Notes: generated by a model from the letters alone, not told the origin. 64,000 bases of DNA from Candidatus Eremiobacteria bacterium (GCA_024281075.1 JAMXLK010000075.1:397-64396), one strand, 5' to 3'; positions 52,660-62,971 are shown, counted from the first letter of the stretch. Numbers and translations are program-made.

Positions 52660-53982
52660 ATGAAGGCCGGCTCGCTGAGCTTCATCGAGGTCCTGGCGAC
52701 CTCCATTGCGCTGATCGGGCCGAGCATGACGCCGCTCCTGATCGCGCCGTACATGTATGCGCTCGCCGGCAATGGAACGTGGCTCGCATACGTTTTCGGC
52801 GGGACGATGCTGGTCTTCGTCGCGCTTTGCATCAACCAATTCGCGCGGCGATCGACCGCTGCCGGCTCGATGTACCATTACGTAGCCGAGCATCTTGGTC
52901 CGGCAACCGGGGCAATCGGCGGCTGGACGCTCCTTTGGTCATACGGCTTCGTCGCGACCGCGGTGCTTGGCGCGATGGCGCTCTTCGTAGGAAAGCTTTT
53001 CGACACGATGGGCATGCACGTGCCGGCCGCCGCGATCGTCATCGTGCTGGCTGCCGTTGCCTGGCAACTCGCCTATCGCGGCGTGCAGGTCTCCGCAATC
53101 GTTATGCTCGTGCTCGAGGCGATCTCGGTCGGCATCGTTTGCCTGCTCGTCGCGATCGTGTTGCACGCACACGGTCCAACGCTCGACGCCAAGCAGGTGC
53201 ACGTCGCCGGCGGCTTTCCCGGCGGCGTCGGTTTCGCGATTGCGTTTGCCGTCTTTAGCTTCGTCGGGTTTGAGAGCGCGACGGCATTCGGCGCCGAAGC
53301 AAAGCAGCCGCTCGTGACCATTCCGCGCGCCGTCATCGCCAGCGTGCTTTTTGCCACGGCGTTCTTCGTCATCGCGACCTACGCACAGATCGTCGGGCTC
53401 GCGCACGCGCCGCAGCCGCTCGACAAGCAGCAATTTCCTATGCAAACCCTCGTGGACATTTACGGGCTCGGCTACCTCGCAATTCCCATCACCATCGGAG
53501 CCGTCTTCAGCGCGTTCTCGGTCTGCCTCGCGTGCATCACGACCGGCGGCCGCATCGCGTATGCGATGGCGGAGGCGAAGGTGCTTCCGCCGGCGTTTAC
53601 GCGAATCGAACCCAACCACGCGACGCCCAACGTAGCGGTGACGGCGGTTATCGCGACGACGGCCGCGGCCGCATTGATTGCGTTGGCGTTCGGGGTTTCG
53701 CCGATCGACATCTTCGATAATTGCGGCACGCTCAGCTCGTTCGGTTTCATTCTCATCTACATGCTCGTCGCGATTGCGGCCGCGGTCTTTTGCAAGCGCG
53801 TCGGCGCGTTGAAGACGATCGATCTCGCGATTTCTGCAATCGCCGTGCTGCTCTTATTGCTGACTGCCGTTACGTTGTTCTACCCGGTGCCCGCGCCGCC
53901 GCAGCGCTGGTTCGGCTACTCGTTCGTCGCCTTCGTCGGCGCCGGGTTCGTTTGGTTCCGGGCTACGAAGGCCAGCGGCTGA
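52660..53982 (+). CDS. APC-family amino acid permease
   Basis: Twelve predicted TM segments and an APC-type N-terminus (SFIEVLATSIALIGPSMTP). ATG 52660 chosen. Confidence 0.87.
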   Translation: MKAGSLSFIEVLATSIALIGPSMTPLLIAPYMYALAGNGTWLAYVFGGTMLVFVALCINQFARRSTAAGSMYHYVAEHLGPATGAIGGWTLLWSYGFVATAVLGAMALFVGKLFDTMGMHVPAAAIVIVLAAVAWQLAYRGVQVSAIVMLVLEAISVGIVCLLVAIVLHAHGPTLDAKQVHVAGGFPGGVGFAIAFAVFSFVGFESATAFGAEAKQPLVTIPRAVIASVLFATAFFVIATYAQIVGLAHAPQPLDKQQFPMQTLVDIYGLGYLAIPITIGAVFSAFSVCLACITTGGRIAYAMAEAKVLPPAFTRIEPNHATPNVAVTAVIATTAAAALIALAFGVSPIDIFDNCGTLSSFGFILIYMLVAIAAAVFCKRVGALKTIDLAISAIAVLLLLLTAVTLFYPVPAPPQRWFGYSFVAFVGAGFVWFRATKASG

Positions 53983-55360
53983 CCACGACGCGCTGCTGCG
54001 TATAAAACGCGACGGCATCCATACCGTGGCAGCGCAAATCGCCGAAGATCGAGTCTTTCACGCCACCGAATGGGAAGAACGCCATGGGCGCCGCAATTCC
54101 CACATTGATACCGGCCATGCCGACTTCGACGCGCGCGGCAAACTCTCGTGCGCTGCCGCCGTCGCGTGTAAAGATCGAAGAAGCGTTGCCGTAGCGCGAG
54201 CGATTCGCGATCTCGATCGCTTCATCGAGCGACGACGCGCGTACGATTGCAAGCACCGGCCCGAAGATCTCATCTCGCGCAAGCTCGCTGGTCGGATCAA
54301 CGCGATCGAAGATGAGTGGCTCGAGAAATGCGCCGGAAAGCTCCTGTGTCACCCTGAGCTGTGTCGAAGGGCGACACAGGAGCGCCCCCGACGCGACATC
54401 ACGCTCCACATAGCCGTTGATGCGCGCAAGCGCGTCATCGCTCACCACGGGCCCCATCTCGGTGCCGTCGTCGCTGCCGCGGCCAAGCCGGAGCCGTGCG
54501 GCCGCGTCTACTAACATCGGCGCGAGCGCATCGCCGGCATCGCCGACGGCGACGACGACCGAGCCGGCGAGACATCGTTGGCCGGCGCCGCCGAATGCGG
54601 AGCCGATGACCGCCTCGCACGTCGCTGCGTTGACGGCGTCCGGCATGACGATGAGGTAATTTTTCGCGCCGCCCAGCGCCTGAACGCGTTTGTGCGCCCG
54701 TACGGCACGTTCTTGTATCGCACGCGCGACCTTCGAAGACCCGACGAACGAAACGGCGGCGACCGCCGGATGCTCGATGAGCGCTTCCGCGGTCTCCTGT
54801 CCGCCGTGTACGACGCTTAAGACGCCGTCCGGAAACCGGCAATCGTGCGCGATCTCGAGCAGCCGCTCCGAGGTTAGCGGCGTCTGTGGCGACGGCTTGA
54901 GAACGAACGTGTTGCCGGCCGCGATTGCGATCGGAAACATCCACAGCGGAATCATCGCGGGAAAATTAAACGGCGTAATACCCGCGCAAACGCCGAGCGG
55001 ATAGCGCGTCGAGGTACAATCGACGCCGCGCGCGACGTTGGACAGCGCGTCGCCCATCATCAGCGACGGCATTCCACATGCGAACTCCACCGCTTCGATG
55101 CCACGGCGAACTTCGCCGCGCGCATCGGCGAGCGTCTTGCCGTTTTCGCGCGACACAGAGAGCGCAAGGTCTTGATGCCGTCGTTCGAGGGCGTCGGCGT
55201 AACGGAAGAAGAACCGCGCGCGTTCCACAACCGGAACGTCGCTCCAGGTCGCGAATGCTTCCGACGCGCGCGCGACAACCTCTGCGACTTCGGCGGCCCG
55301 CGCGATGGAAACGCGCCCGATCGGCTCGCGCGTTGCCTTATCGGTAACCTGCACGTGCAT
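53963..55360 (-). CDS. mmsA: CoA-acylating methylmalonate/malonate-semialdehyde dehydrogenase
   Basis: MMSDH-specific ITPFNFPAMIPLWMFPIAIAAGNTFVLKPS, catalytic Cys (AGQRCLA) and C-terminal APMAFFPFGG. ATG 55360 overlaps the upstream stop by 1 nt (TAATG). Confidence 0.88.
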   Translation of the reverse strand: MHVQVTDKATREPIGRVSIARAAEVAEVVARASEAFATWSDVPVVERARFFFRYADALERRHQDLALSVSRENGKTLADARGEVRRGIEAVEFACGMPSLMMGDALSNVARGVDCTSTRYPLGVCAGITPFNFPAMIPLWMFPIAIAAGNTFVLKPSPQTPLTSERLLEIAHDCRFPDGVLSVVHGGQETAEALIEHPAVAAVSFVGSSKVARAIQERAVRAHKRVQALGGAKNYLIVMPDAVNAATCEAVIGSAFGGAGQRCLAGSVVVAVGDAGDALAPMLVDAAARLRLGRGSDDGTEMGPVVSDDALARINGYVERDVASGALLCRPSTQLRVTQELSGAFLEPLIFDRVDPTSELARDEIFGPVLAIVRASSLDEAIEIANRSRYGNASSIFTRDGGSAREFAARVEVGMAGINVGIAAPMAFFPFGGVKDSIFGDLRCHGMDAVAFYTQQRVVVSRWPS

Positions 55361-56694
55361 TACGGTGACGCCTGCAGCTCCCCCAGTGCGGCGTCCAAAA
55401 TAGCGAAACCTTCGCCGAGCTGCTCCGATGAAATCGTGAGCGGCGGCGCGACGATCGCGACGTTGTAGCGTCCCAGCACGTACAGGCCGCGCGCAAGTAA
55501 ATCGTTGAAGAACGGCTGCAGCGAGGACGATCCTTGCCACGGGACCAGCGGTGTACGCGTTTCGCGATCGGCGACGAGCTCGATACCGAAGAACGCGCCG
55601 ACGCCGCGCACTTCGCCGATGACGCGGTGGCGCTGCTGCAGCGCATTGAGCCCTTCGCTCAGCTGCGGTTCGAGGTCGCGGGCTCGCTCGAAGACTCGCT
55701 CCTCGCGATATGCTTGCAGCGTCGCGACGCCGGCCGCCATTGCGACCGGATGTCCGCTGAACGTATGGCCGCTCGGCAGCGGCGTTCGGTCGAAACGTTG
55801 CGCGAGATCCTCGCGAACGGCAACGCCGCCGAGCGGCACGTATGCCGACGTTACGCCCTTCGCGAAGGTAAACATGTCGGGAGTTACGCCAAAACGTTGC
55901 GCCGCAAACGCCTCGCCGGTCCGTCCGAAACCCGTCATTACTTCATCAAAAATCAGCAGAATGCCGTGGCGGTCGCAAAGCTCCCGCACGCGCGCCAGAT
56001 AGCCGTCGGGATAAAGGATGACGCCGTTGCTGCCGACGACCGGTTCGATCAGCAACGCGGCGACGTTCGCTGCGCCTTCGTAGTTCATGACGGTCTCGAG
56101 ATGATCGATGGCGCGCTCGAGCTCTTCACCCGCGTCGCGGGTGTGGAACGGACTGCGATACGGAAACGGCGCGAAGAAACGCACCACGCCGGGAATCCCG
56201 GGCTCGTTGGGCCAGCGCCGATTCTCGCCGCTGAGCGTTCCCGCGCCCGGCGCCGAACCGTGGAACGAACGATATGCCGTGAGCAGCTTATGCCGCCCGG
56301 TCAGCACGCGCGCGAATTTCATCGCGTCCTCGTTCGCTTCGCCGCCGCCCGTCGTGAAAAAGACGCGACCGCCGTCGCTCCACGGTGAGAGTTCGATAAT
56401 GGCACGCGCGAGCTCGGCTCGGCGGTCGTGCGCGAAGGTCGGAGCGGCATACGCAAGTGTCCGCGCTTGCTCGCCGATGGCGGCGGCAACGGCGGCATGC
56501 CCGTGGCCGAGATTCACCGCAACGAGGCCCGCCGAGAAATCGATATAGCGTTTGCCGCGGTCGTCGTAAAGATACGAACCTTCGCCGCGCACGACGACGG
56601 GCGGATTGCGCGCGCCTTGCGCGACCCACGGCGTGAGCACGTGCTTTGCGTGTAGCGCGGCCGCTTCGCGCGCCGGCGGCTCCGAAACCTTCAT
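55360..56694 (-). CDS. Class-III (omega) aminotransferase, beta-alanine/taurine-pyruvate type
   Basis: Class-III PLP fold motifs (FSAGLVAVNLGHGH, FDEVMTGFGRTG, TFAKGVTS with the PLP Lys). Confidence 0.9.
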   Translation of the reverse strand: MKVSEPPAREAAALHAKHVLTPWVAQGARNPPVVVRGEGSYLYDDRGKRYIDFSAGLVAVNLGHGHAAVAAAIGEQARTLAYAAPTFAHDRRAELARAIIELSPWSDGGRVFFTTGGGEANEDAMKFARVLTGRHKLLTAYRSFHGSAPGAGTLSGENRRWPNEPGIPGVVRFFAPFPYRSPFHTRDAGEELERAIDHLETVMNYEGAANVAALLIEPVVGSNGVILYPDGYLARVRELCDRHGILLIFDEVMTGFGRTGEAFAAQRFGVTPDMFTFAKGVTSAYVPLGGVAVREDLAQRFDRTPLPSGHTFSGHPVAMAAGVATLQAYREERVFERARDLEPQLSEGLNALQQRHRVIGEVRGVGAFFGIELVADRETRTPLVPWQGSSSLQPFFNDLLARGLYVLGRYNVAIVAPPLTISSEQLGEGFAILDAALGELQASP

Positions 56695-56697
56695 CGC

Positions 56698-56781
56698 TCA
56701 ATGTGCTCCGAAAATGATGATCAATCCGCCTGCAACGCTCAGTGCAAAGAAGACGATGAAGATCCAGACGCCGGCGCGCAT
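56698..56781 (-). CDS. Possible 27-aa hydrophobic micro-ORF (MRAGVWIFIVFFALSVAGGLIIIFGAH)
   Basis: ATG 56781 to TGA 56698, ending 3 nt before the aminotransferase ATG. It would encode a single TM-like peptide. No convincing SD, and it may be a chance ORF in GC-rich DNA. Confidence 0.2.
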   Translation of the reverse strand: MRAGVWIFIVFFALSVAGGLIIIFGAH

Positions 56782-56837
56782 CCAAAAATTGCGGCGAGCG
56801 CGTTGCACCCTTGTTGAATGCGTCGGCTGCTTTCGTC

Positions 56838-57224
56838 TCAATTCGCCTCTGCCTTTCGTTCAAGCTGGGCCCACAACCGTTCCAAGTTGTAAAACTCGCG
56901 CTGTTCGGGCGTGAAAACGTGAACGATCACGTTTCCGAGATCGATGAGGATCCAAGATCCGTCGCTATAACCCTCGACGCGCGACACGGCGTAACCCTCG
57001 TGCTGCGCCGCTTCGGTCACGGCGTCGGCAATCGCGCGGGTTTGGATCTTCGAACGTCCCGTCACGATTGCAAACGTGTCGGCAAGGATCGTCCGGCCGC
57101 TCACGTCGAGCGCGGTGAAAGCTTCGCCTTTTTTGTCGAGCGCGCTCTCGCGGACGACGTCGATCAGCTCGATGCTAGGGAACCTCCGGTGCGGCGAAAC
57201 TGCCGCCGCCAACGATCGGTGCAT
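56838..57224 (-). CDS. rsfS: Ribosome silencing factor RsfS
   Basis: RsfS/iojap signature (LDKKGE..ALDV..ADTFAIVTGRS..Q..AIAD, WILIDLGNVIVHVF). The start is uncertain (ATG 57224 or 57260). Confidence 0.85.
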   Translation of the reverse strand: MHRSLAAAVSPHRRFPSIELIDVVRESALDKKGEAFTALDVSGRTILADTFAIVTGRSKIQTRAIADAVTEAAQHEGYAVSRVEGYSDGSWILIDLGNVIVHVFTPEQREFYNLERLWAQLERKAEAN

Positions 57225-57774
57225 GGACTTCTCCGGAGGTTCCCACCTCCAAATGTGCACGTTTGCGAGCGTGGTGCACGGCGCTCAAATTCATGGTCTC
57301 GCGCGTCGCGGCGCGCAGGTCGCGAAGCGCCAGCTGCCAGAGCCCGTTGCGCTCGACGAAGCTTCGGTGCGGCTCGAGCGAGTCCGCGAGATAGATGACG
57401 CAGTCCAACGGCGACATTTCGTCTGCGCCGAGTGTGTGCTTTTCGATCGCCGAGAGTACTTCAGGATCCTCGACGCCGAAGCGTTCCCTCGCCAGGGCCG
57501 CACCGAGACGCGCGTGCAGCAGCGTGGGGTGGTCTCGCTCCGCGGGCGCGATGACAAAACCGCGCGCTTCGGATTCGGCGATCAGACGCTCTGGCGAATA
57601 GAGCCGGGCGAGATCGTGAAGCATGCCGGCAAGGCGCGCTTTGCGTCCGCTCACCCCGTGGCGCATCGCCAGGATATCGGCGCAGCGAGCGACGCGCACG
57701 CTGTGCGCGTAACGATGCTCCTGGCCAATTTGCTCGCGAACGTTTCGTGCCAGCTGCGTGAACGTCAACGTCAC
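57175..57774 (-). CDS. yqeK: HD-domain protein YqeK (bis(5'-nucleosyl)-tetraphosphatase family)
   Basis: HSVRVA..LAGMLHDLAR HD motif. GTG 57774 forms a GTGA overlap with the rimI stop. Confidence 0.84.
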   Translation of the reverse strand: MTLTFTQLARNVREQIGQEHRYAHSVRVARCADILAMRHGVSGRKARLAGMLHDLARLYSPERLIAESEARGFVIAPAERDHPTLLHARLGAALARERFGVEDPEVLSAIEKHTLGADEMSPLDCVIYLADSLEPHRSFVERNGLWQLALRDLRAATRETMNLSAVHHARKRAHLEVGTSGEVHAPIVGGGSFAAPEVP

Positions 57775-58307
57775 GCTTCCACGCGCGCGCGCAAAACGCG
57801 TAGCCGGTTGCGATAGAGCTCGCTGCGCAAGCTGCCAGCCCACATGATCAACGCGCTTTCGTTGTCGTCGCTATAATAACCGCTGCGCATCGTGACGGTG
57901 GTAAATCCATACTTGCGATAGAGACGCTGGGCGACGACGTTACTCTCGCGTACTTCCAGCGTGATCCAGGCCGCGCCGCGTTCGACTGCCTCGTCGATTA
58001 GGCGCAGCAACAGAACTTCGCCGAACCGCCGCCCACGGTATTCGGGATCGACCGCGAGGGTCGTAACGTGCGAATCTTCCAAAATGACCCAAATGCCGCC
58101 ATATGCGACGACGCGGTCGTCGTAACGGCCGACGAAATAGTGCGCCAACTTGTTCGTGCTCAACTCGTTGTAAAATGCGTCCGAGGGCCAAATCGTCGTA
58201 AACGAAGCGCGTTCGATGCGGGTCACTGCAGCGATGTCGGCCGTAGCCATCGGTTGAATAGTGAACCGGCTGGGCCGTTGCGCCGGCCGGTCGAGCTCCA
58301 TTTTCAT
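57771..58307 (-). CDS. rimI: Ribosomal-protein-alanine N-acetyltransferase
   Basis: GNAT fold (LAVDPEYRGRRFGEVLL, AQRLYRKYGF). Located after tsaB as in the canonical tsaE-tsaB-rimI arrangement. Confidence 0.87.
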   Translation of the reverse strand: MKMELDRPAQRPSRFTIQPMATADIAAVTRIERASFTTIWPSDAFYNELSTNKLAHYFVGRYDDRVVAYGGIWVILEDSHVTTLAVDPEYRGRRFGEVLLLRLIDEAVERGAAWITLEVRESNVVAQRLYRKYGFTTVTMRSGYYSDDNESALIMWAGSLRSELYRNRLRVLRARVEA

Positions 58308-58321
58308 CGAAAGAAGCTTCG

Positions 58322-58969
58322 CTAGAATCTCGGCGGCGTGGCGGCGGGAAGTTCGCCGTAATCGGCGCGCACTTCGTGCAAGCTCTTCGGCGGCGTACGA
58401 AAACCGGCGGCCAGCGCGGCGGCTGCGGCGGCGGGCGTAACGGCGGGCTCAAATGCACGCACGATAATGGCGCGTTCGGCGAGTGCGTCCAGAACGTCCT
58501 TCGGCGCCCCCACCACAGCAAGCGAGGTCCTTCCGGACGGCAGCAGCGCGTCCAGCACATCGCTGATACGTCCGGAGGCGCGGCGCGTCATCGCGGGCGA
58601 CCGGTACCGTGCCGAGATCACGCCGGGTCGTCCGAACACGACGGTGAGCACCTCGGCAAGGTTGCCGTCGTATTCCAGCATGTCGAACGAGTCGATCGGC
58701 ACGAGCGGGCGGCGCCAGACCGCAGCGAGCGATTTTGCGTAGGCGATTGCGATGCGCAGGCCCGTGAAACTCCCCGGACCGATTCCGACCGCGAGGCGCT
58801 CGATGTGCTCGGGCGCAACTCGCGCCCGCGAGAGTACCTCATCGACGAGTCCGAGCCCCCGTTCGAGCGCGACTTGTCCCGGTTCGAAGCTTGAAGCGGC
58901 AATTTTGCCGTCACGCGCAATCGCCGTGGAAAAGCCGCCGAGCGCCGCGTCGAGGGCAAGAACGTTCAC
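58322..58969 (-). CDS. tsaB: tRNA t6A biosynthesis protein TsaB
   Basis: YeaZ-like N-terminus (VLALDAAL), GIGPGSFTGLRI motif. GTG 58969 forms a GTGA overlap with the tsaE stop. Confidence 0.88.
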   Translation of the reverse strand: MNVLALDAALGGFSTAIARDGKIAASSFEPGQVALERGLGLVDEVLSRARVAPEHIERLAVGIGPGSFTGLRIAIAYAKSLAAVWRRPLVPIDSFDMLEYDGNLAEVLTVVFGRPGVISARYRSPAMTRRASGRISDVLDALLPSGRTSLAVVGAPKDVLDALAERAIIVRAFEPAVTPAAAAAALAAGFRTPPKSLHEVRADYGELPAATPPRF

Positions 58970-59382
58970 TGCGCTTCGCGAAGAGTAATCGTGCGTGGCT
59001 GGTCTCCGGCACCCTGGATTTCGATTTCGTACCGCTGCGCCGGAATAGCCTCCGGCGCGTTGCGCCACCACTCGATCAGTGCGACGGCGTGGCCGTCGAG
59101 CGCTTCCTCGAGGCCGAGTTCCGTTAACTCGGCGGGATCGTCGATGCGAAAGAAATCGATGTGTTCGATCGGCGGATCGCCCTCGTAGCGGTGGCGGAAC
59201 GTGAAACTGGGACTGCAGCTCTGATCCGAGCCATGAAGCTCGCGTACGACGGCTCGGACGAACGCGCTCTTGCCGGCTCCCACCGGTCCGGAGAGCGCGA
59301 CGACGTCGCCCGGCCGAAGACGCCGCGCGAAAGCGGCGGCGAAGTTGCCGAATTCTTCTTCGGTGGGAAGAGTTAGTCGCAT
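58966..59382 (-). CDS. tsaE: tRNA t6A biosynthesis ATPase TsaE
   Basis: Walker A (LSGPVGAGKSAF), SPSFTF, HIDFFR and IEWW motifs. ATG 59382 chosen. Confidence 0.88.
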   Translation of the reverse strand: MRLTLPTEEEFGNFAAAFARRLRPGDVVALSGPVGAGKSAFVRAVVRELHGSDQSCSPSFTFRHRYEGDPPIEHIDFFRIDDPAELTELGLEEALDGHAVALIEWWRNAPEAIPAQRYEIEIQGAGDQPRTITLREAQ

Positions 59383-59409
59383 AAATACATGATTGATTGT
59401 AGGTAAGTA

Positions 59410-61914
59410 TTGAACAACGATATCGTAGCGCAGGTCAACGTTGAAGACGAAATGCGGGAGAGTTATCTCTCCTATGCGATGTCGGTCATCGCGTCGCGGG
59501 CATTGCCGGACGTGCGCGACGGACTCAAACCGGTGCAGCGGCGCATTCTCTACGCGATGCGCGAGATGGGGTTCGATCCGAGTAAGCAGCACCGCAAGTG
59601 CGCCGGTATCATCGGCGAAGTGCTCAAGAGCTACCATCCGCACGGAGATGGCTCGGTCTACGATGCCCTGGTGCGCATGGCCCAGGACTTCACGCTGCGC
59701 TATCCGCTTGTGGACGGACACGGCAACTTCGGCTCGATCGATCCCGACCCGCCCGCAGCCTACCGCTATACCGAAGCGCGGCTCGCGCGCACTGCGCTCG
59801 ACGTCTTAGCCGATATCGATAAAGAGACCGTACCGTTCGTCGCGAATTTCGACAATCAGGGCGTCGAACCGAGCGTCCTTCCCGGCCGGCTCCCACAACT
59901 GCTGCTCAATGGCTCGAGCGGTATCGCGGTCGGCATGGCGACGAACGTTCCGCCGCACAATCTCAACGAAATCGCCGACGCGATTGCGGCACTGATCGAC
60001 GATCCCAAAATAACGGACGACGATCTGTGCGACATCGTTACCGGGCCTGATTTTCCGACCGGTGGAACGATCTTGGGTCGCGAGGCGATCCGCGAAGCGT
60101 ATAAAACAGGCCGCGGTTCGATCCCAATTCGAGGGAAAGCCGAGATCATCGAAGAGCGCGGCAAGCATAAGATCGTTATTACCGAGATCCCGTATCAGGT
60201 CTACAAGGGCCGGATCATTGAAGCAATCTCGGATGCCTACTCCGAGAAGCGAATCGTCGGCATCGCGCGCCTCGACGACGAGTCCAACCGCAAAGGCATG
60301 CGCGTCGTCATCGAGCTGCAGCGCAACGCGACGCCGAAGATCGTGCTCAACCAGCTGTTCAAGCACACTCCGTTGCAGTCGACGTTCGGCTTCAACATGC
60401 TCGCGCTCGTACCCGTTGGCCAACCGCGCCCTGACGGATCCGTTGCGCTCGAGCCGCAAGTGCTCACGCTCAAGCAGCTGCTCGAGCACTTTATCGCGCA
60501 CCGCAAGGATGTCATTACGCGGCGCACCGCGTACGACTTGCGCAAAGCCGAAGAACGCGCGCATCTGCTCGAAGGTTACCGCATCGCGCTCGATCACATC
60601 GACGAAGTCATCGAGATCGTGCGCGGCAGCCAGACGACCGACGAAGCAAAAGGAAAGCTTTCGACGCGCTTCAGCTTGAGCGACGTACAGGCTCAAGCCA
60701 TCGTCGACATGCGCCTGCGCACGCTGGTCGGCCTCGAACGAAAGAAGATCGAGGACGAGTACGCCGAGCTCATCAAGACGATTGCCGAGCTGCAGGACAT
60801 CTTGCGCAGCCCCCGCCGTATCGCCGGGATCGTCAAGAGCGAAACGCTCGACGTCAAAAAGCGCTTCGGGGACGAGCGGCGCACGACGATCGAAGCGGCC
60901 GAAGACGAAATTTCGATCGAGCAAATCACGCCGAACATCGACGTCGTCGTCACCTACACCGTCGGCGGCTATATTAAGCGCGTCTCCGTCGACACGTTCC
61001 GCACGCAGCTTCGCGGCGGTCGCGGCGTGACCGGTATCTCAAACCTCAAGCGCGAGGACGTCGTGCGCAACTTCTTCATCACCAAAACGCACGACCACGT
61101 GCTGTTTTTCACGAACATGGGGCGCGTCTACCGGCTGCGCGGCTACGAGATTCCCGATACGACGCGCCAAGCTCGCGGCACCGCGCTCGTCAATCTGCTC
61201 ACCTTGCCGCCCGGCGAAGAAGTCACGGCGGTCTTTCCGGTACACCATTTCGAAGGGGAACGGTATCTGGTGATGGTGACGCGGCAGGGCGTCATCAAGA
61301 AGACGAAGCTCGACCAGTTCGCCAACGTGCGCCGGAATGGGCTCATCGCGATCAATCTCGACGAGGGCGACGAGCTGCTCGCCGTGGATCTCAGCAACGG
61401 CTCACGCGACATCATTCTCGGCTCGACGCAGGGCATGGCGGTGCACTTCAACGAGAAGGACGTGCGGCCGATGGGGCGCGTCGCGCGCGGCGTCAAGGCG
61501 ATGACGCTCGATAAAGAAGACACGGTCGTCGCGATGGACGTCATCGAGGACGACCGCAAGGAGGTGCTGCTCGTGACGTCGCTCGCATTCGGAAAGCGCA
61601 CGCCGATCGCCGATTACCGCCACACCGCGCGGGGCGGCAAAGGCGTGAAGGCGTTCGCGCGCCAGCGGGACGACATCGGGCAGGTGGTCGATCAGATTCT
61701 CGTCGCACCGGATGACCAGCTCTTGATGATCACGTCGGGCAATCAGGTCATCCGGCTCAAAGTCGGCGACATCCGTAAGACCGGTCGCGACGCCAAGGGC
61801 GTCCGGCTTCAGCGGCTCGGTGAGGGCGACGAGGTCATCGCGATCACCAACTTGGGCAAACAGGCCAAGCAAATCACCGAGATCACCGGCGAACCGCAAC
61901 AGGCGGAGCTATGA
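59410..61914 (+). CDS. gyrA: DNA gyrase subunit A
   Basis: [32 protein letters not shown], active-site region [10 protein letters not shown] and C-terminal beta-pinwheel repeats. TTG start with an AGGTAAG SD. Confidence 0.96.
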   Translation: MNNDIVAQVNVEDEMRESYLSYAMSVIASRALPDVRDGLKPVQRRILYAMREMGFDPSKQHRKCAGIIGEVLKSYHPHGDGSVYDALVRMAQDFTLRYPLVDGHGNFGSIDPDPPAAYRYTEARLARTALDVLADIDKETVPFVANFDNQGVEPSVLPGRLPQLLLNGSSGIAVGMATNVPPHNLNEIADAIAALIDDPKITDDDLCDIVTGPDFPTGGTILGREAIREAYKTGRGSIPIRGKAEIIEERGKHKIVITEIPYQVYKGRIIEAISDAYSEKRIVGIARLDDESNRKGMRVVIELQRNATPKIVLNQLFKHTPLQSTFGFNMLALVPVGQPRPDGSVALEPQVLTLKQLLEHFIAHRKDVITRRTAYDLRKAEERAHLLEGYRIALDHIDEVIEIVRGSQTTDEAKGKLSTRFSLSDVQAQAIVDMRLRTLVGLERKKIEDEYAELIKTIAELQDILRSPRRIAGIVKSETLDVKKRFGDERRTTIEAAEDEISIEQITPNIDVVVTYTVGGYIKRVSVDTFRTQLRGGRGVTGISNLKREDVVRNFFITKTHDHVLFFTNMGRVYRLRGYEIPDTTRQARGTALVNLLTLPPGEEVTAVFPVHHFEGERYLVMVTRQGVIKKTKLDQFANVRRNGLIAINLDEGDELLAVDLSNGSRDIILGSTQGMAVHFNEKDVRPMGRVARGVKAMTLDKEDTVVAMDVIEDDRKEVLLVTSLAFGKRTPIADYRHTARGGKGVKAFARQRDDIGQVVDQILVAPDDQLLMITSGNQVIRLKVGDIRKTGRDAKGVRLQRLGEGDEVIAITNLGKQAKQITEITGEPQQAEL

Positions 61915-61929
61915 GCGCCGCCCATCGCA

Positions 61930-62466
61930 CTAAGGACGCCGCAGTACGTCGAACAAATCGTGTACTGGATAAGAGAATCCCGGCAGCGCATCGTGCTCGA
62001 TCGTTCCACCATCATCCAGTACTGTGACGTGGCGCTGATCGTGGAGCTCCACGACGCGTCGCTGCGAATCCACGACGAGCACCAGCGAAGAGCCGGCTCG
62101 CAAATACGTGCGAAGCTTATCGTCCACGTCGGCGCGGCGGTCGTCGGGAGAAAGAATCTCGACTGCGACGTCGGGAGAAAACGGGGGCGATTGAAACTCT
62201 TCGTCGGGCAATGGTTGCAGGCGCTCCTTCCGAACGTACGCCACGTCCGGCACGAGCGGCCGGCGAATCTCGCCCGGAGGCTCGACGCGGAAGCGCCACT
62301 CCGTCGCGACCTCTCCGCGCGGTTTCGCCCAACGTCTCAGCAGGCTGCCTAACTCGAGCTGCAGCACGGCGTGATCGCGCTGCGGGCTCACCTTTTGCCG
62401 CGGCCTTCCGCGTACCCACTCGGATTCAGGTTTTGTTTCTGGAAGAACGATCTCGTGGATCGGCAT
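61930..62466 (-). CDS. Uma2-family (DUF820) restriction-endonuclease-fold protein
   Basis: Uma2 pattern: PDVAY..., PDVAVEILSPDD, then KLRTYLRAG. ATG 62466 chosen. Confidence 0.82.
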   Translation of the reverse strand: MPIHEIVLPETKPESEWVRGRPRQKVSPQRDHAVLQLELGSLLRRWAKPRGEVATEWRFRVEPPGEIRRPLVPDVAYVRKERLQPLPDEEFQSPPFSPDVAVEILSPDDRRADVDDKLRTYLRAGSSLVLVVDSQRRVVELHDQRHVTVLDDGGTIEHDALPGFSYPVHDLFDVLRRP

Positions 62467-62631
62467 GATGCCATCCCAACCTATCACGCCCACTTTGGGA
62501 TCAGCAAGCGCGCCTCCATCCGGTCGAAGGATGGGATGCCGCCTCTACGGCAGGGGCTTTCAGGCCGTCAAGACGCGGCGAGGCGCCCGAGCGAAACGGA
62601 ACTCCGCCCCAGGGGTGTTGAAAAGGAAGCT

Positions 62632-62958
62632 ATGAGTGCATTACCAGACGTTACGCAATCAAATTTTGAAACCGAGGTGCTGAAAAGCCAGCAGCCGGTT
62701 CTTGTCGATTTTTGGGCGCCGTGGTGCGGTCCGTGCCGCATGCTGTCGCCGATCGTCGAGAAGGTCGCCGAGAAGCACACCGGCAAGGCCAAGTTCGTCA
62801 AGCTGAACACGGACGACAACCCCAGCCTGGCCGGCCAGTATCAAGTCTCCGGCATTCCGTGCTTGATTCTCTTCAAGAACGGACAGCCGGTCGATCGCAT
62901 CGTCGGCTACGTGCCGGAAAATACCGTGACGTCGATGCTCTCCAAACACGTGGCGTGA
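62632..62958 (+). CDS. trxA: Thioredoxin
   Basis: VDFWAPWCGPCR active site, 108 aa, AAGGAAG SD. Confidence 0.94.
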   Translation: MSALPDVTQSNFETEVLKSQQPVLVDFWAPWCGPCRMLSPIVEKVAEKHTGKAKFVKLNTDDNPSLAGQYQVSGIPCLILFKNGQPVDRIVGYVPENTVTSMLSKHVA

Positions 62959-62971
62959 GATCAATCCGCGG

